A stretch of DNA of 64,000 nucleotides from NCBI RefSeq assembly GCF_001194135.2, contig NC_068984.1, positions 72,042,334 to 72,106,333 of the forward strand, read 5' to 3'. Both the position numbers and the translations under genes were made by a program. How positions within the stretch are numbered: the first letter of the stretch is position 1; each line of letters starts with the position of its first letter. The DNA comes from Octopus bimaculoides (lineage: Eukaryota). A model generated the notes under the pieces. That model searched no databases. It had not been told where the DNA came from and saw nothing but the letters and a program-made list of their open reading frames with translations. Shown here in pieces: positions 13,341-27,546 of this stretch.

Positions 13341-16300
13341 TTGTTACTGATGATAGGTGGCCGATGACTCAGTTTACTCGGTTTTAATCAAAATGGCATA
13401 AATATTTCATTAGTAAGTTGAAACCTTATGAAATGGTTTCAGAAAGATCACATCAATTATAGAGTATTCTTAAAATGATTCTACCTTTAGACTAACTGTG
13501 AACTAATGAAAGATTGTTGTTTAAGTGATAATGTAGTATGTGCAAATTAAGTTATTCTCAGTTCATTTAATTGATTCACTTTCTCACTTTTGTTTTTAAT
13601 ATCGATGATATTGCATAGGTTTACAAATGGAAAATTGACACATTAATGAATACTCAGCTTCTCGGATTATATTTTTCATACGAACATTTGCTGGAACAAC
13701 TAGATAAAGACGTGTAATGGAACATATATTCTCCAATACTTCTTACAATCCCGTAAATGAACTGTGCTTCGATTACCCTGGCTAATAGGTAAATTAAATT
13801 TCTATGATTAGCAGTTGTCATTTTGATTTACTGATGATTTTTTAAATTTTACTGATTTTCAAACGGAGAGAGTAAAGGACAATAACGATCGTAAGAAAAT
13901 CACAGGGATCCTAATCCTGAAACGTTCCATCGTGTATAAATAATCTCATTTGTCATTGCAATTTAAGGTGCAAATTAGATATGCTATGAGTTTCTAACTT
14001 GCATGGATTCGTCTTTTGATAACGAGTGAACAGAAAGGAATGTGTATGTAAAAGTAGAGATGGTATAATTTATATTAATGTAATTCATGCGACAATGATA
14101 CACAGAGATGCTAATTTTAAAAGAAACTTTGCAATAGAGGTTGACACATTTTTATGTAAGCATGCATCCTATACATACCGTGGATTGAATTTGTGTGTGA
14201 AACAGGTAATCCAAAATGCAACGCATATGATATTTGAATGGACTATTGCACCCCCGCTTGGCAACGCCAATAGCATTTTGTTTCTCAAATAATATCATGT
14301 TCCAATGATGCCAAACGATGATATTCTGTCGGCTGAGAATCAAAGACTTTCAAAATTGTAATGTCGTCAGCTCGTGCATTTCTCTGCTCTAACACTGTAA
14401 AATATAGTTTGCTTACACGTGAGGAATAATATCTCATATTATGTCACTGAACATCATTCTATAAACATATTTGAGTGTTGAAGGAATACTTTAAGTAAAA
14501 GGCTTAAGTAGAGGTGACCATTTGGAGTTACACGTTATAAGTCTTAAATGTCATTTGGGTTTAAAGCCGAAAGATAAGGTAGATTTCTGTCTTTACGAGT
14601 TTATATATAAGTTCTTACCGATGACTGAATAAAGAATATGTCGTGTAAAACTTAAACATGTTTTATATTTGAAAAACATCTGGTGCATTGTAATAACTGA
14701 CATTAAATTAAATAAAACAAAATTGCATGCTGCTCACTGATGGCTATATTTTTTATACAGTAGCATATGTTTAATGGGTTTTTGAAATGTAGAAGTGAAA
14801 ATATCTTTCAAATACACTTTATTTATACATATTATTCTCTCCAGATATATTCAGTATTCACAATGTGTTCATGATTATGTCTCTCGGACGATTTGTGTTT
14901 GAAACTGACACACAGAATGTTTTATTGCAATCTGCACGTTAAGCTTTATATCAGTGAAAACTAGATTATAGAATAGAAGGAGAAAAACGGGAAAGATACA
15001 AAACGTTGGAAGGAAACATATGCAATATATACCTCGCAATCTTACATATTATTTTCTGGAACGTACATTTCTGACCCAAATGAGATTATAGAATCTGAGA
15101 CTAAATGTTAATAGAAAATATAATCCTGAATAGTTATAGCTAGAATTATTATTCAAAATGCATTTACACCACATGGAATGTAACTGGCTAGTAATTTAGA
15201 GCAACTTCATCAAATCGATAGATTTTATCGTGTTAGGTTCAAAATATCAAATGTTTTCATATTCAATCTCATTTAGAAATCCTCTACAATTGACCGTTTT
15301 TCTTATTTGAATTATGTCCATATTTTTTTCTTCATTGTTGATATGCATATGCTTCGTTTACGATGTGGAACCGTTATTGTAAGGCCTCTTTACCAATTAT
15401 TCTTGTATCTAAAGCATTTTTGAAAACTGGAGAAAAGGCAAATCCTATTTGTCTTTGTAGTTGTAATTGTTGTGCTTTGGCATTCTTGATTAAATATAAA
15501 TTCATTTAATTGTCGACCATTTTCCTTAGAGTTATCCCATGCTTTTATCAGCAAATGTTCATGAAATTAACAGACGACTGACCGATAATTTAATCAAGTC
15601 TATGTATATCGTAATTGTTGATTATTGAAGTAATATTACGATGTAGGCTTCCCAGGACATCCAGAGCATTGTTGCAATGAATAGAGCTGTACACTTACAT
15701 GTGCTAGGTTAATTACATTTAATGTTTCTTATACTTATCCACTTCAAGCAGTTAAAATTTCTAATGCCAAACTGGTCTTGAATGGTATTGACAATTACTC
15801 AAGAAATATTATGTATTAATAGTTTCACACATAACGCTAACATTTGTGGACATATTTATGATACATAGCGAGCTTCTGCATCATTCCAAATCCACTTAGT
15901 GTATACTAAAGCTACTAAATGTTATGGCTTGCTGCCAATATTTGAAATCAATTCTTACTCTTACTTCAACAACTATTTTGAATGATTGAAATGAATGCAT
16001 TAATTAAATGAAACATGAAGAAAATTATTGCAGTAGTATTTTCATTTTCTGTGTTATTTTACTAATATAGCTTACTATTTTTGCTATCATTTAAAATATT
16101 TTAAAGCGATACACGTTTATTCATTACCCTGTGGTTATATTAATACGATTGTCATATGTCTCGCCTTTATTCATACGTGCAGCGATAAAAGCGTAAATCC
16201 ATTTATAATCATGACGCAGTGCTTGCACAATACACAAACATTTGATGTTAATAGCATAAAGTCACTGAGAGTGACGTCTTTCGTGTGGTATTATGGATGC

Positions 16301-16899
16301 TTTTCCATAGAAGAATTAAATTCCCCTCAGCAACGCAAACCAATGAAGTTATCCGCAATATTTTATTGCTTGATTAGATGTCTAGAAGATAATAATAAAA
16401 TTAGACAATAGCATGAATGCGAATGACCGATTTTACTGAATTTGACTCAGTCGTCTCTGATTTTAGGGTAATACTATACACAAATTCAGAGCAATGAACC
16501 ATAAGTATTATAACTAGCATTCGTAATGTTCAAAGTAAAAGCAAAACACTGGTTAACACACTTCTTACTGACTTCAGTTTTGTGTTTCTTCTTAGTTAAT
16601 GTTGATATGCTAATTTCAAATATGGCATCTGTTGTTTTCTAATTCATCAAGTTTTCATTCTATTGCAAATCCCTATTTTATTATGTACCGTATAAATAAT
16701 TCATTTGGTTAGGATAGATTACTAAGTTATAATATCAAAAGAATATGAAATGATAAAAGAAATGTAAGATAGCATCACCTTTTGCTAAATACATACTGTT
16801 TTTCTTTTTTATCTAATATGATGGATAAAACACAAACCATCATATTTCATACACACAGAACAAAATTCTGCTTGCGAGTGCTTCTGGAGTGTTTCATGT

Positions 16900-17060
16900 C
16901 TACACAGTCACTTTAAATACAGTAGTCTGCCATCACGCGTATTTTCAATCTGCTTTGATATCTCTCCTCCATAATCTTGCGTGCTTGATGAAAACGCTCA
17001 CCATGCTCATCGCCCACGTTTTCGAGATTAGCAGGAAATTCATCAAGATGGCTATTTCAT
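16900..17060 (-). mobile_element. C-terminal fragment of the same Chapaev3-like transposase type
   Basis: Reverse complement translates to SHLDEFPANLENVGDEHGERFHQARKIMEERYQSRLKIRVMADYC (recalled family motif HSHLD.FP.NLG..SDEQGERFHQD..ME.RYQG..MADYC). Confidence 0.8.
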
Positions 17061-20000
17061 CTGAGTGAAGCACCGGAAGAATTGCTGGATTCAGATTTGG
17101 GTAATCAGAAGTCTTTGTGAGACAAAAATAGCAATCGTTTACATGGTTCTTTGGTTCTCGCTATACCATCAGAATGCCAAACGTTAGTTATTTCCTGGTG
17201 CCCTTTGTCCATTGGTGTAAAATTTCGACACAAGGTTTACATGAATTTTGCGGGACCCACGATTTATCATGATCAATAATTTTTATCTTAAAGTTAACCA
17301 AGTAGGATCGTTTCATAAAGTTCATTCATTGACTTGGAACTGTAAAACAACCACATATATAACAAAATTATCAAGGGAATTCAAACATTCCCTTCGCAAC
17401 GAAGCCATGCTACTGATCCCTGCGTTATTTCATTATATAAATGTGGAAAGAGAGAAAATACTAAAGAACATATATTTATATCTAGGTTTGTCTAAATACA
17501 TGGATAAGATGAATTTTCAACAGAACAGTTTTTTTATTATTTTTTTGTACATTTGTGGATAATAAGAGAGATTACTAATGCAGATACAGATGGTGAAACG
17601 TTGGGTCACACAGCTATTAGGAACACCCTTCTACACAGGTGCATATATTAGGCCTACAGAACGTCACAAACTCCTCGCTGAGTGTTCAGCTGACACTGAG
17701 ACTCTTACTTCTAACATACCCTACAAAAAACACATAAAAACATTTCTGAAACATGGAGCTACGAGTGGGGCCAATATATGCCAGCCCATAGAAAAACACC
17801 ACGATAGAAATAAACTATAGCTATTTCTTAACTCAGTGACGCCAAATTATCCAAACACAAGCAGAAAATAGTTATAATTTGTTAGTCAGTGTAATATACG
17901 TTCACATTTTTCTATAAAGTCGGTGAAACTATAAGCCTGGCGTTAAATGCTAACTGTATATTTATTTACTTGTTATTAGATAGGCTGTTACATGGTAAGT
18001 ATATTACAAACATATCGAATTTTTCTCACTTCCTTAATATTGCAATGCTACTGTTTAAGTGAAAAGCGTGTCATTCTGGAATTTATTTATCAAGAGAATG
18101 TGAAATGAAGCTTTGTAATATTTTCTGATTACAAACACCTCAAAAATCTAGAGTTGGAGTAGAAAGCACAATAAAGTTACTGATAAGTGCTCTTTGCATG
18201 ATTGTGTGGCGCAAACTTTTCAAAGATACTCTCAAAATTTGCCTTAAATTACATCCTCGAGAAATTTATTGCTGATCTAGAACACTTAGAATGGCATCAG
18301 AACAAAGAATTAGTCAATGCTCCAAATCATCTGCATGAGGAAAAAAACTATGATTTCACCGAACAAGAATTAGACAACTAGATTTCAGTGGAAGCACGTT
18401 GGAATCCAAAAGCCTAGAGTGACAAATCCCTTAACTCGGATCACCGAGCACTTTTGAATAACTTGCAGATCCAATTTTTGTATTAAATTAGTTACAGACG
18501 CTATGCATCACATTTGCAGTTTTTTGGGTCATTTACTGAATTTCATAACATCCGCCTCTATGATGGAAAATGTTAAGAATCATAGGTTGTAGTAATATGG
18601 CTTGTTATTCACAATTGTTTAAATATGATCAAGTATCTAGTAATGTGAGGCAACACACACCACTGATGATAAAACATTGAGGTTTCAGTGCTAATTGTTT
18701 TAAGGAGTAACCGATATTTCATAAAACATATGCAGAAACGTCCATATGACCCATGTCTATGTAAATAATGATTTAATGGTATTAAGTATGAAAGAGAATG
18801 CGTAACATTGACAGCACAGTGTAACTTATGAAATTATGCAAACTTTCTATATATTTAACTGAATCTAATTTTGTTTGTATGAAAAGCCAAAACGTTTAAA
18901 CCTATGAAATCTACTACGCTGGACTTCCGTTAAATTTGAATTACATTTAAGTATAATACAAACACATATAGTCATTCAAAAAGAAACTAGATGATGGTGT
19001 GAATAAAGTCGAGTCCTGGAAATTTATGGACACGAAGCTTGCGTCCATGGTTCATTAAATTAAGTGAATCGATTTGTACGTGTTTACAAATCCATTGGAA
19101 CATTTCATCTATCAATATAAGATCGTTATAATGTTATATTTAAGCTGTCAAATATATGTGTTACTTGCTAAGTTGAAAAAGTTATTCCTGGTGTATGTGT
19201 GAACGTGTGAGTGCGCGTGTGTATGTGTGTGCGTGTGTCGTGTGTGCGTGCGTGCGTGCGTGCATGCGCGCGTGTGTGCATGGACTATCGGTATTCCTTA
19301 TATTATTTGAAAGCTTGGTAATACTTGTTAATGTAATTAAAGCCCATATGGTGAACAAGGTAAATTGTTATGACTGGCCATATATTTAACTTCTATTTTA
19401 CAATTCACGATAAAATAACCAGAAGAAAAGTAAAATATTTTATGTCTAGAAATGTTTCATTTCAGCACTTTTGAACAGGCTCTTTCTTTGTGGTGTTTTC
19501 CTGATTTTCTTCTAGTAACTTACTATTTGCACGTTGCATGTTGTTTATCCAGTCTGCAGCTGCAGTTAGTCCCTCTTGAAACATTCGTCAGATTACCCTA
19601 AATCAAATGCCCTTGTTATTTGATGAATTTTGCTATCTTGTTTTTTATTATTATTTTTTTTTTTTAACTTAATCGCTCATCATAAATTTTGACGTCTGTT
19701 TTAGATATTTTGCTTTATCTATTAAATTTATATAATTTATTGTACGCTTTAAAAATTTGGAGTTGAGGCTTTACCTGTAATTTGTATTGGAGCGTTCTTT
19801 CATGGAATATATTGTGCCTTCTTTAGTCCTTTCTCATTGTTACAATTTGTTCTTACAAAATCGTCTATTCTCCTTTTATATTCTTTCTTCTTTTAGTTTG
19901 ATTTCCGCGGCTACACTGGTCATTCTTCTTTTATTTATTTTTTATTTATTTATTTATTCATTTTGGGTTGCATGTACGCTAAATGCACAGGAGAATATTT

Positions 20001-20656
20001 CAATATTTTTGGAGAGGAACATTTGTAAATTATCTTCTCCTTTGACGCATGCTATGATGAATGTTATACCGTTTTTGCAGCTGATGTATTTTTCTATTTT
20101 ACGATGTATGCATTAATATTTCATAACAATCGTCACTTGCTGTTTAGTAACATGTGCTGTTGTATTGCCAGTAAATAATTACAAAAAAGAAATGTACATT
20201 TTTCATACTGTTTACGCAGTTTATTTACAACATATTTGTAATTCATTTGGACAGGATATTTTTCAAAATAATTCCACTTGCCAAAACACACCGGGATTCT
20301 AAACTGTGTGACATCACACTAAGGGAATATCTATATATTTATCTCTATATTCTATGGTTCTGTAAGATTTCTAACATTACTACCATTGCACATTATAATA
20401 GCAATGCAATATCCGTATAGATGTTACAATAACAATTTTGATTTAGTGGTAATTTTGCTTTCAACTGTAAAGAAATGAAAGTAAATAAATGTCTACTCTA
20501 ACGGGACTTGAGCTGAGAAGATAAACCGATATATTTATGCTATTATCAGGTAAATTTATACCTCTAAGTAATACAATTTAAAGTTAACTAAACACAAATG
20601 AGATAAGTTTATTTTATGTACGATTATATATTTTGTAACTATACTAGGTAGTACAA

Positions 20657-20880
20657 GGCAGCGAGCTGGCAGAAGCGTTAGCACGCCGAGCGAAATGCTT
20701 AGCGGTATTTCCTCGCTCTTTATGCTCGGAGTTCAAATTCTGCCTAGGTCGACTTTGCTTTTCATCATTTCGAGGGTCGATAAATTAAGTAAGTTAAGTA
20801 CCAGTTGCGTACTGAGATCGATCTAATATACTAGATCCCTCCCGCAAAGATGTCGAGCCTTGTGCTTAGAGTAGAAAAAA
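20657..20880 (+). mobile_element. tRNA-derived SINE family A, near full length
   Basis: Head GGCAGCGAGCTGGCAGAAGCGTTAGC (A-box-like), GGAGTTCAAATTC (B-box-like), body GTCGACTTTGC..GTCGATAAATTAAGT..ACCAGTTG; related copies recur in the window. Confidence 0.85.
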
Positions 20881-21849
20881 ACTATAGTATACGTTAACGT
20901 TTACATCTACACAGCATGTTGAGTCCATAATCGGATGCCTTATTCTTGGATAAGAGTATGCTGGATATCTGTGTGTAAAGTAGGAAAATGATTTATTTTT
21001 AAAATAAACACTTCAGATATGAGCATGATATGCAAACCTTTTATGTTTATTTCCATGTCTCCCAAAGCATATCGGCCGTCGTCATTTGTTAATGATTGTC
21101 GACATTAATTGCTAAATATACAGCTGCTTTGAGGTTTCAGTTAATAGGTTTCAAGTGTAATTCCTCAATTGCATTAAACGATGTTAATCCCAAATAATAT
21201 TTACTCTCCTATTTATCTTTTTAGAGTGTCCGTGTTCTCTTTTATTAGATTACCAGCAAATGCATGTAATATTATTCTTACGGCTTTCTCACTGAAGACA
21301 AAAGCAGTGAAGATTTATATCTGGATAATGTATTCCCGAGTATCTCAGTTTTTGCAGATATGTTGCCATGCAGAAGAATCACAGAAGATTGAATTATATG
21401 TTCGATTATGTATTTGAGTGTAACTACGAAAATCGTATGGAGAGTCTCATTCTTGTCGCAGCGTAACGTAAATAACACTTTTGTGAGGCATGCACCTCCA
21501 TTTCATAGGAATGCTGTAATTATTTCTGACAATACAGATACCCATATGCTCAATTGAAACCAATACTAAATTGCTTCAAACATTTTTACAGATATTGTTA
21601 ATCCTCCAAAGAGAATTGTTGAAGCCTGCGTTGGCAAATCTTCAGTTATTCAGGAAAATTGACACACGCAGTGGAAAACCTAAAGTTTAAGACTGAACCC
21701 TTCTTCAAGCTAAATTTAACAGGAGAGCATTTAGAATGCTGCTGTGTTCTAAATCCTGTATGTTGAGAAAATGGCTCCAACATATGAGGAATGTAAGACA
21801 GCGTGAGCTCCATACATATTCTGAGAAATAAGAGAATTTTGGTGGGGAA

Positions 21850-23150
21850 TCTAAATTAAATTATGAAGCGTAGTGCGATTGAGAGTAAAAAGGAGGAGGA
21901 TGAAATGTGAATAGAAGGACCAGAACGGAATTACTGAGCAAAGAGTATATGTAAGATTAGAAGAAAACAAATCCAATTAAGCCTGTATATTGACACGTTT
22001 GATATTGTCATTTAGTGCAAGTTTCGAAAGTGAAAGAAACTAGAATTAGGTTTGTTGGTGTGTCTAACAAGGTTTGGCGGAATGAAGGGGCCTCAAAGGA
22101 TTGAATATAATCTCTATAAGAAATAAATGTTGCATATTATTTACTTGGATTCTAAATTTGCATTGAAGTTGCAGAATCGACAATCCCGAAGTAAATGAGA
22201 CGATGTGATGGGAGATTTAGTGCATCAGGACTGAAAGAAACGGCAGCAGAGATAGGGACGCAGTCCTGTAGTAGACAGAGGTTGCGAAATAGACATTGTT
22301 TATAGTCATGAAGATATAGCGGAATTGTATTCCAGTACAGGGTGAAAGACGTAAACGAAAGATACGAAAACAGTAAGCTGTTGTATGATGTCTGGTGTAG
22401 TAGTGATACAATCAACTATATAACAACCGTACACCTCTGCAATGGTCCATCAAATTGGTCAACGATGTGCTTACCAATGATATTAATTACGTAAGAGTGT
22501 AGTCTACTGAACTTTGCATACCTATAACCCATTCTGTCTTTTGCAGACAGCAGTAATTTCGATGTAAAAGTTTCTAGAAAATCAGTTAGGACAATCTTAG
22601 CTACGCGAAGGATTTGGGTAGTGGCAGGTACAAGTATAGTTCGCTGGTCTTCGAAATGTTTAAGGGCCGGTAGACTTCTGGTGTCTAAGATATCTGTGTC
22701 TTGTGATTATTTTGGACTGCCCAGGCGGACGAAGCGATATATATAAATAGGTTTAAGTCGTGATTTTTACTTTCAATATAAAACAAGATCAAGAGCGAGA
22801 ATATTATTTCAAATCATGGCAGGAGGATCTCAGTAATGCAACTACAGGTGGAGACGATATGACCATCAGGAGTACCTAGTGTGAGTAATGAGGACAAATT
22901 ATATTGTGGTGGTTGGGATTTTGATTACATTGGAGTTAAGAACAGGTGGTAGAAGCGAACTGGAATAGATAAGTTCATACACCATAGTGAACAGGATTTT
23001 GAGAATGGCGAATGAAAACGTTACCTCTCTGGCTCTTAAAGGAGAGTCCTTCGATCCTGTGGAGGACTTCCTGGCGATGAGGGGGTGCCTCGCAAGTCTA
23101 CAAGGATGCCTCAGTTGTCATCCAGTTTAATAACGATGTCTCGCATTTTG
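21850..23150 (-). mobile_element. Highly decayed CR1/L2-like LINE ORF2 relic
   Basis: Faint motifs in the expected order on the minus strand: GTPDGH (~PGPDG), SPNNHK (~PNNYRP), LTDFLETF (~FLDF.KAF), FTLYWNTIP..LYLHDYK (~LIYINDLP..LFADDTK). No intact ORF. Confidence 0.4.
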
Positions 23151-24019
23151 CAGAGATTCCTGAAGACATTGCTATCAAAAAAGATACGTTTGAGATACTT
23201 TATGAGTTGTTAACTTTTGAGTCTCCAAATTCGAAACGACATTCATGGACAAATGAATAAGTTTAAACCAACCCAAACTTTGTTCCCAGTAAGAATTGTG
23301 CTTTTAACGTTGGTGATCGGAGCTTATGATTATCTTTTGTGGAAGGTTTACGTTGTGACCGACGCAGGAAAAATCTTGTTTAGGCACAAAGAAAATGTAT
23401 TGATGATAACGAGTTAATAATTTTCTTTTCACGTTTCATTTATTTGCGTTGTTTTGAGCTCATTAGTATTTATTTTGAACTTCGCTCTTCTTTGTACAGT
23501 TTGGCTTATAATATCCTTTTTCAAACTATTATCCTGCTGGAAGAAAGTTTTGAAGCATAGCTGTGCAGAGTAAGAAAATTTTATTAATTGGAAAGGAGAT
23601 GATCGATAATGTTCACATGTCCCACACAGGTTAAACCTGCAAATTATTCGATATACCTTTTCTAGAGGAACATATATCCACCAGAATTGTATATATAAAT
23701 TCAAAATATTCATATTCTTGAGGTGTGGTTTCCAACTACGTATGAATAGGTACTGCTGAATGATATTCCTTATAATAATTCACATCATCGGCACATTGCA
23801 AGTATATAGAGGTTATGACGATAAAATTGACTTTAGTTCTTGAATATTACTTTGTTATCGAGATTTGCTGCATGAAGGAAACAATATCTTGCAGCACCAT
23901 TTGACTGCAAAAGACAAAACTAGTGCACTTGAAAGTGACCATTTTTTCAGCTCAATTTCGTATCAGTCAATCCACCAGCTTTTGTCAATATTAGTTTCAA
24001 ATTGAGGTATAAGTCAGCA

Positions 24020-24125
24020 ATTTCGTGGGAGGGGATAAGTCCATTACATTAACTCCTCTGCTTAATTAGTACTTATTTTATCAGCCCCGTAATGACGAAA
24101 GTCAAACTCGATCTGGGTAATATTG
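24020..24125 (-). mobile_element. Degenerate SINE family A fragment
   Basis: TAGTACTTATTTTATCAGCCCCGTAATGACGAAAGTCAAACTCG resembles the reverse-complemented SINE A body. Confidence 0.45.
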
Positions 24126-25487
24126 GAAGTAATTATTGATCGAAATACTATTAACACAAGAGCTTCTCACCTCTTCGTAGCAATTCATTAACCATTTTCT
24201 AATTCGTTCTCTGTCTTCGAAATTTTCTTTCCATTATTGTTCTTTCGTACTTTACTATATATGCTTCCGCTGCTTCTACTTTGACATCGTCATAATCAAC
24301 TCAATCCTCCTCTTCATAATCATCATTAACATCAACCAGTTATTTCTCGTCATCTTCCTAGAGGTTTACACTAATTTAGTTTATGTTCTAAATATCAGTG
24401 CCTTTTGGTTTTCCTTCCCTATTTCTGAATTTTTTTGTTTGTTTTTGTTTTCATTTCTCTAAATCTTATTTTTATTCAAATATTTTCTTTTAACTAACTG
24501 CATGATATAAAACGTACACAGCAGGCATTATATGCATAAATGCAGCGTAATTATTTCGTTATACAGAACATATAGCTTCTCACAAACTGTTTGTATTTTA
24601 TATTTGTGTTTCTCACGATAAATACAACGATTCTTTGATATAATAAATTTACCTTCCGAAGAGTATTATTAACTGTCTTACGCTTGCCAATTTTCATTGA
24701 CTTGATTTAATCTGATCATCAGAATAGAGTCTACTTGATGCATTAATCTGAAGCAATTACTTTGTAAAGAGAACTATTTACTGCATAATGAGGACATTGT
24801 ACTGAAATCATTTTATACATGTATACATATATATATATATATTCATGTATATGTGTGAGAGCACGAGTGGGGTGGTGGGGGCACTTGTGTGTATATGTAT
24901 TCTGTCACATTTTCAAATATACAGATTCTTACTTTATTCATATTGTAGATAATGTTTTCTTACGTTCCCATCTGTTATGTTCGTCTAAAATTTACTGCGA
25001 ATTAGAAAAGCAACATACTTCTTTCTACAAAGATTACCGATGCATTTGCATCGACTCTTAGATTCCACACAGTATCAAATAAATATGTAAATAAACAATA
25101 CATTCTTTACACGAGTATATTCGGAATGAATTCTAGAATATATGCGACAGTCTTAATTTTATTCACGAATCTATATTGTGATTGTGATTCAGAGCTATTG
25201 TTTCTGCTAATGCAAGCCATGTTGCTTTAGTTTTCTGACATGAAAATAAAATATACCACCAATTGGTTGAAATATAATAATGTATAATTTATTATTATTA
25301 TTTAACCCATTTTGGATTCTTTTATAGCGATTAACATAAAACGAGTGCCTCTTGTTTTCTTCATTTAAAGCTATAGGTATTCAAAAGTTCATTAAAGATT
25401 ATACCAAATGACAAAATCAAGAGTGTAATACCGTGGACTCAAAGAGGTTAGACTATCTAGATTATCACAAATATGTACAAGATAAAT

Positions 25488-25612
25488 TCTTTTACTTGTT
25501 TCAGCATCCGTTTTCGTCGAACAATTTGATCTCAAGGCTTATTCTTTGTAAGCCTAGTACTTATTCCATCGGTCACTTTTACCGAACTGTTAGCTTACAG
25601 GGACGTAAACAA
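25488..25612 (-). mobile_element. SINE family B, 3' half
   Basis: CTTATTCTTTGTAAGCCTAGTACTTATTCCATCGG..CAGGGACGTAAAC matches the reverse complement of ~49960-50040. Confidence 0.8.
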
Positions 25613-25627
25613 AACAACATCGGTTTA

Positions 25628-25769
25628 CATAATTTATATTTGACGGATATTTGTCCTCATCTTGTTTGTTGTTAACACAACGTTTTGGCTGATATATCTT
25701 CCAGTATTCATCAGGTGTCTTTGGGAAATTTCGAACCTGGGTTCTCATTCATAAGATATTTTTCGATGC

Positions 25770-25831
<62 letters not shown>

Positions 25832-25904
25832 TAACTGCCTGGCATTGAACTCAGAATCTTGGGGTTAGTAGCCTGCGCTTTTAACCACTACGCCATATGC
25901 CCAC
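25628..25904 (-). mobile_element. tRNA-headed SINE family C with internal (AAT)n and a Penelope-like hammerhead-bearing tail
   Basis: Reverse-complement head GGCATATGGCGTAGTGGTTAAAAGCGCAGGCTACTAACCCCAAGATTCTGAGTTCAATGCC (A and B boxes), then (AAT)n at 25770-25826, then a tail with a CTGATGA..AAAAC motif. Confidence 0.75.
25674..25719 (-). ncRNA. Degenerate minimal type-I hammerhead ribozyme (G12>A, damaged stem II)
   Basis: GACAC-CTGATGA-A-TACTG..CAGCC-AAAAC-GTT-GTGTT; stem I GACAC/GTGTT; palindromic stem III AACGTT. Confidence 0.55.
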
Positions 25905-26375
25905 AACCTCTGAAAAATACATAGAAATACTTAAGCAAGGACTAACGAAAAAGGAGTTTTTATTCATGGAAGATGGGGCTCTATGCCACACAGCGAAAAG
26001 GAATCAACAATGGCTGACTGAAAATGGGATCAGGAAGCTTCCTTGGCCGAGCCAATCTCCTGAATTGAACCCAATTGAAAATCTTTGGTGCATACTAGAC
26101 AGAGCTATATTAAAATCTCGACAGAAACCTAAATCTAAAGATGAACTGTTTCGATTGTTGCGTGAAAAGTGGGCAGAAAATCCACAGGAGACAATCACAA
26201 AGCGCATCAGTTCAATGCTAAAAGGATTTTCTGAATTACAAACTGCAAAGTGAATGTCAACTAAATACTAAAGTATGTAGTCCTATCTATCGATTACATT
26301 TCAATTGTTCGCTTTGCGTATTAAATAAAAGATTTTGAAAATTAAAGGTGTCTATTTACTTCTTGCATGTCTGTG
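25905..26375 (+). mobile_element. Tc1-like transposon 3' fragment (DD34E transposase C-terminus plus right terminus)
   Basis: FMEDGALCHTA..WPSQSPELNPIENLW, exactly 34 aa between D and E; stop at 26253; element ends ...GCATGTCTGTG followed by TA. Confidence 0.9.
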
Positions 26376-26389
26376 TACTTATATATAAA

Positions 26390-26555
26390 CACGACAGGCT
26401 TCTTTCGGTTTTACGTCTGCCACATTCACTCACAAGGCTTTAGTCGGCCCGAGGCTACAGTAGAAGATACTTGCCCATGGTTCCACACAGTGAGACTGAA
26501 TCCGGAACCATGTGGTTAAGAAGCAAGCTTCTTACTACTCAGCCACTCCTGCGAC
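26390..26555 (-). mobile_element. SINE family B, 5' half (tRNA head plus CORE-like segment)
   Basis: CAAGGCTTTAGTCGGCCCGAGGCTACAGTAGAAGATACTTGCCC..GGAACCATGTGGTT..GCCACTCCTGCG matches the reverse complement of 49718-49855 and extends into the head that copy lacks. Confidence 0.85.
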
Positions 26556-27546
26556 GCCAATAAAGCTTGTTTTATTTTCTGCAGCTAAACAACATTGTAG
26601 TATATAACATTAAATGTATGTGTAGACGCATATGTTTAATGTCCACGTATTATATTTGCAAATATGTTTGTATTTTTTTAATATTCTTCATAAGTTACAT
26701 ATTAAGAGATTTTAATCTCATATCGTTTAACTATTCGAGGAAATAGAATACTTTAGTCACACACTGATTCTTCTTATGGCTATAAGTTGCACCAACCTCA
26801 TTCAGTGAAACATATTTTGATAACAAAATACAGTCTATCATTTTAAACATGAAAGATATTTAGCAACTATAAAAGTTTTGTAGTAATACTTCAAGCCTTA
26901 AAACTAATCTCAGAATCGATCATAAAAAGTCGCCATGAGTCAACACATTCATTCAGTATCATGAATTACATTCAGTCTTTTTAGAGTACTTTCATTATGC
27001 CAAAAGATTATTGCATCATAGCATATAGTATGAAAATTGCTCGCTAGATTTATAATTTTAACTGACGTTATTTACATTCCAATCTGACATAAGAAGAAAT
27101 GTCCTACCGAATGTCATTTGTAAGAAACAAAATGTGACTCACAAATTAAAATAACTTAACGTACTGCTCTATTTCGTACACAATTCGAGACTTTATATCA
27201 CCAAATAACAATACATTTATTGAAATTATTTGGATATCGCTTTTTTCTTACTGCGATATGAATTCATTTGTGAAAGTTAAATTCAGACATTGACAGTTTG
27301 CTTTCTACGTCCATCTTTCCTTACAGTAATAAATCTTAAGTGTCTGCACTAAAGAAATCCATACGAATTAAGACGATTGTTAGTAGTAGATGGATGTTTT
27401 ATATAACAGGATGTTTTCTTTAAAAGTATCGAGCAGAGACATTTAATTCCCAGTTGTGTTAACGATGTAAACTTCTCTGGCTTGAACAATGTTATCAGCC
27501 TCAATTAAATGACCGACCTAAAGGGTAAATTCAGAAGTGAGATGGG

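Noticed and set aside
18190-18480. Short open stretch (KFALNYILEKFIADLEHLEW..) considered as exon or RT
   Set aside because: No diagnostic motif; interrupted by stops
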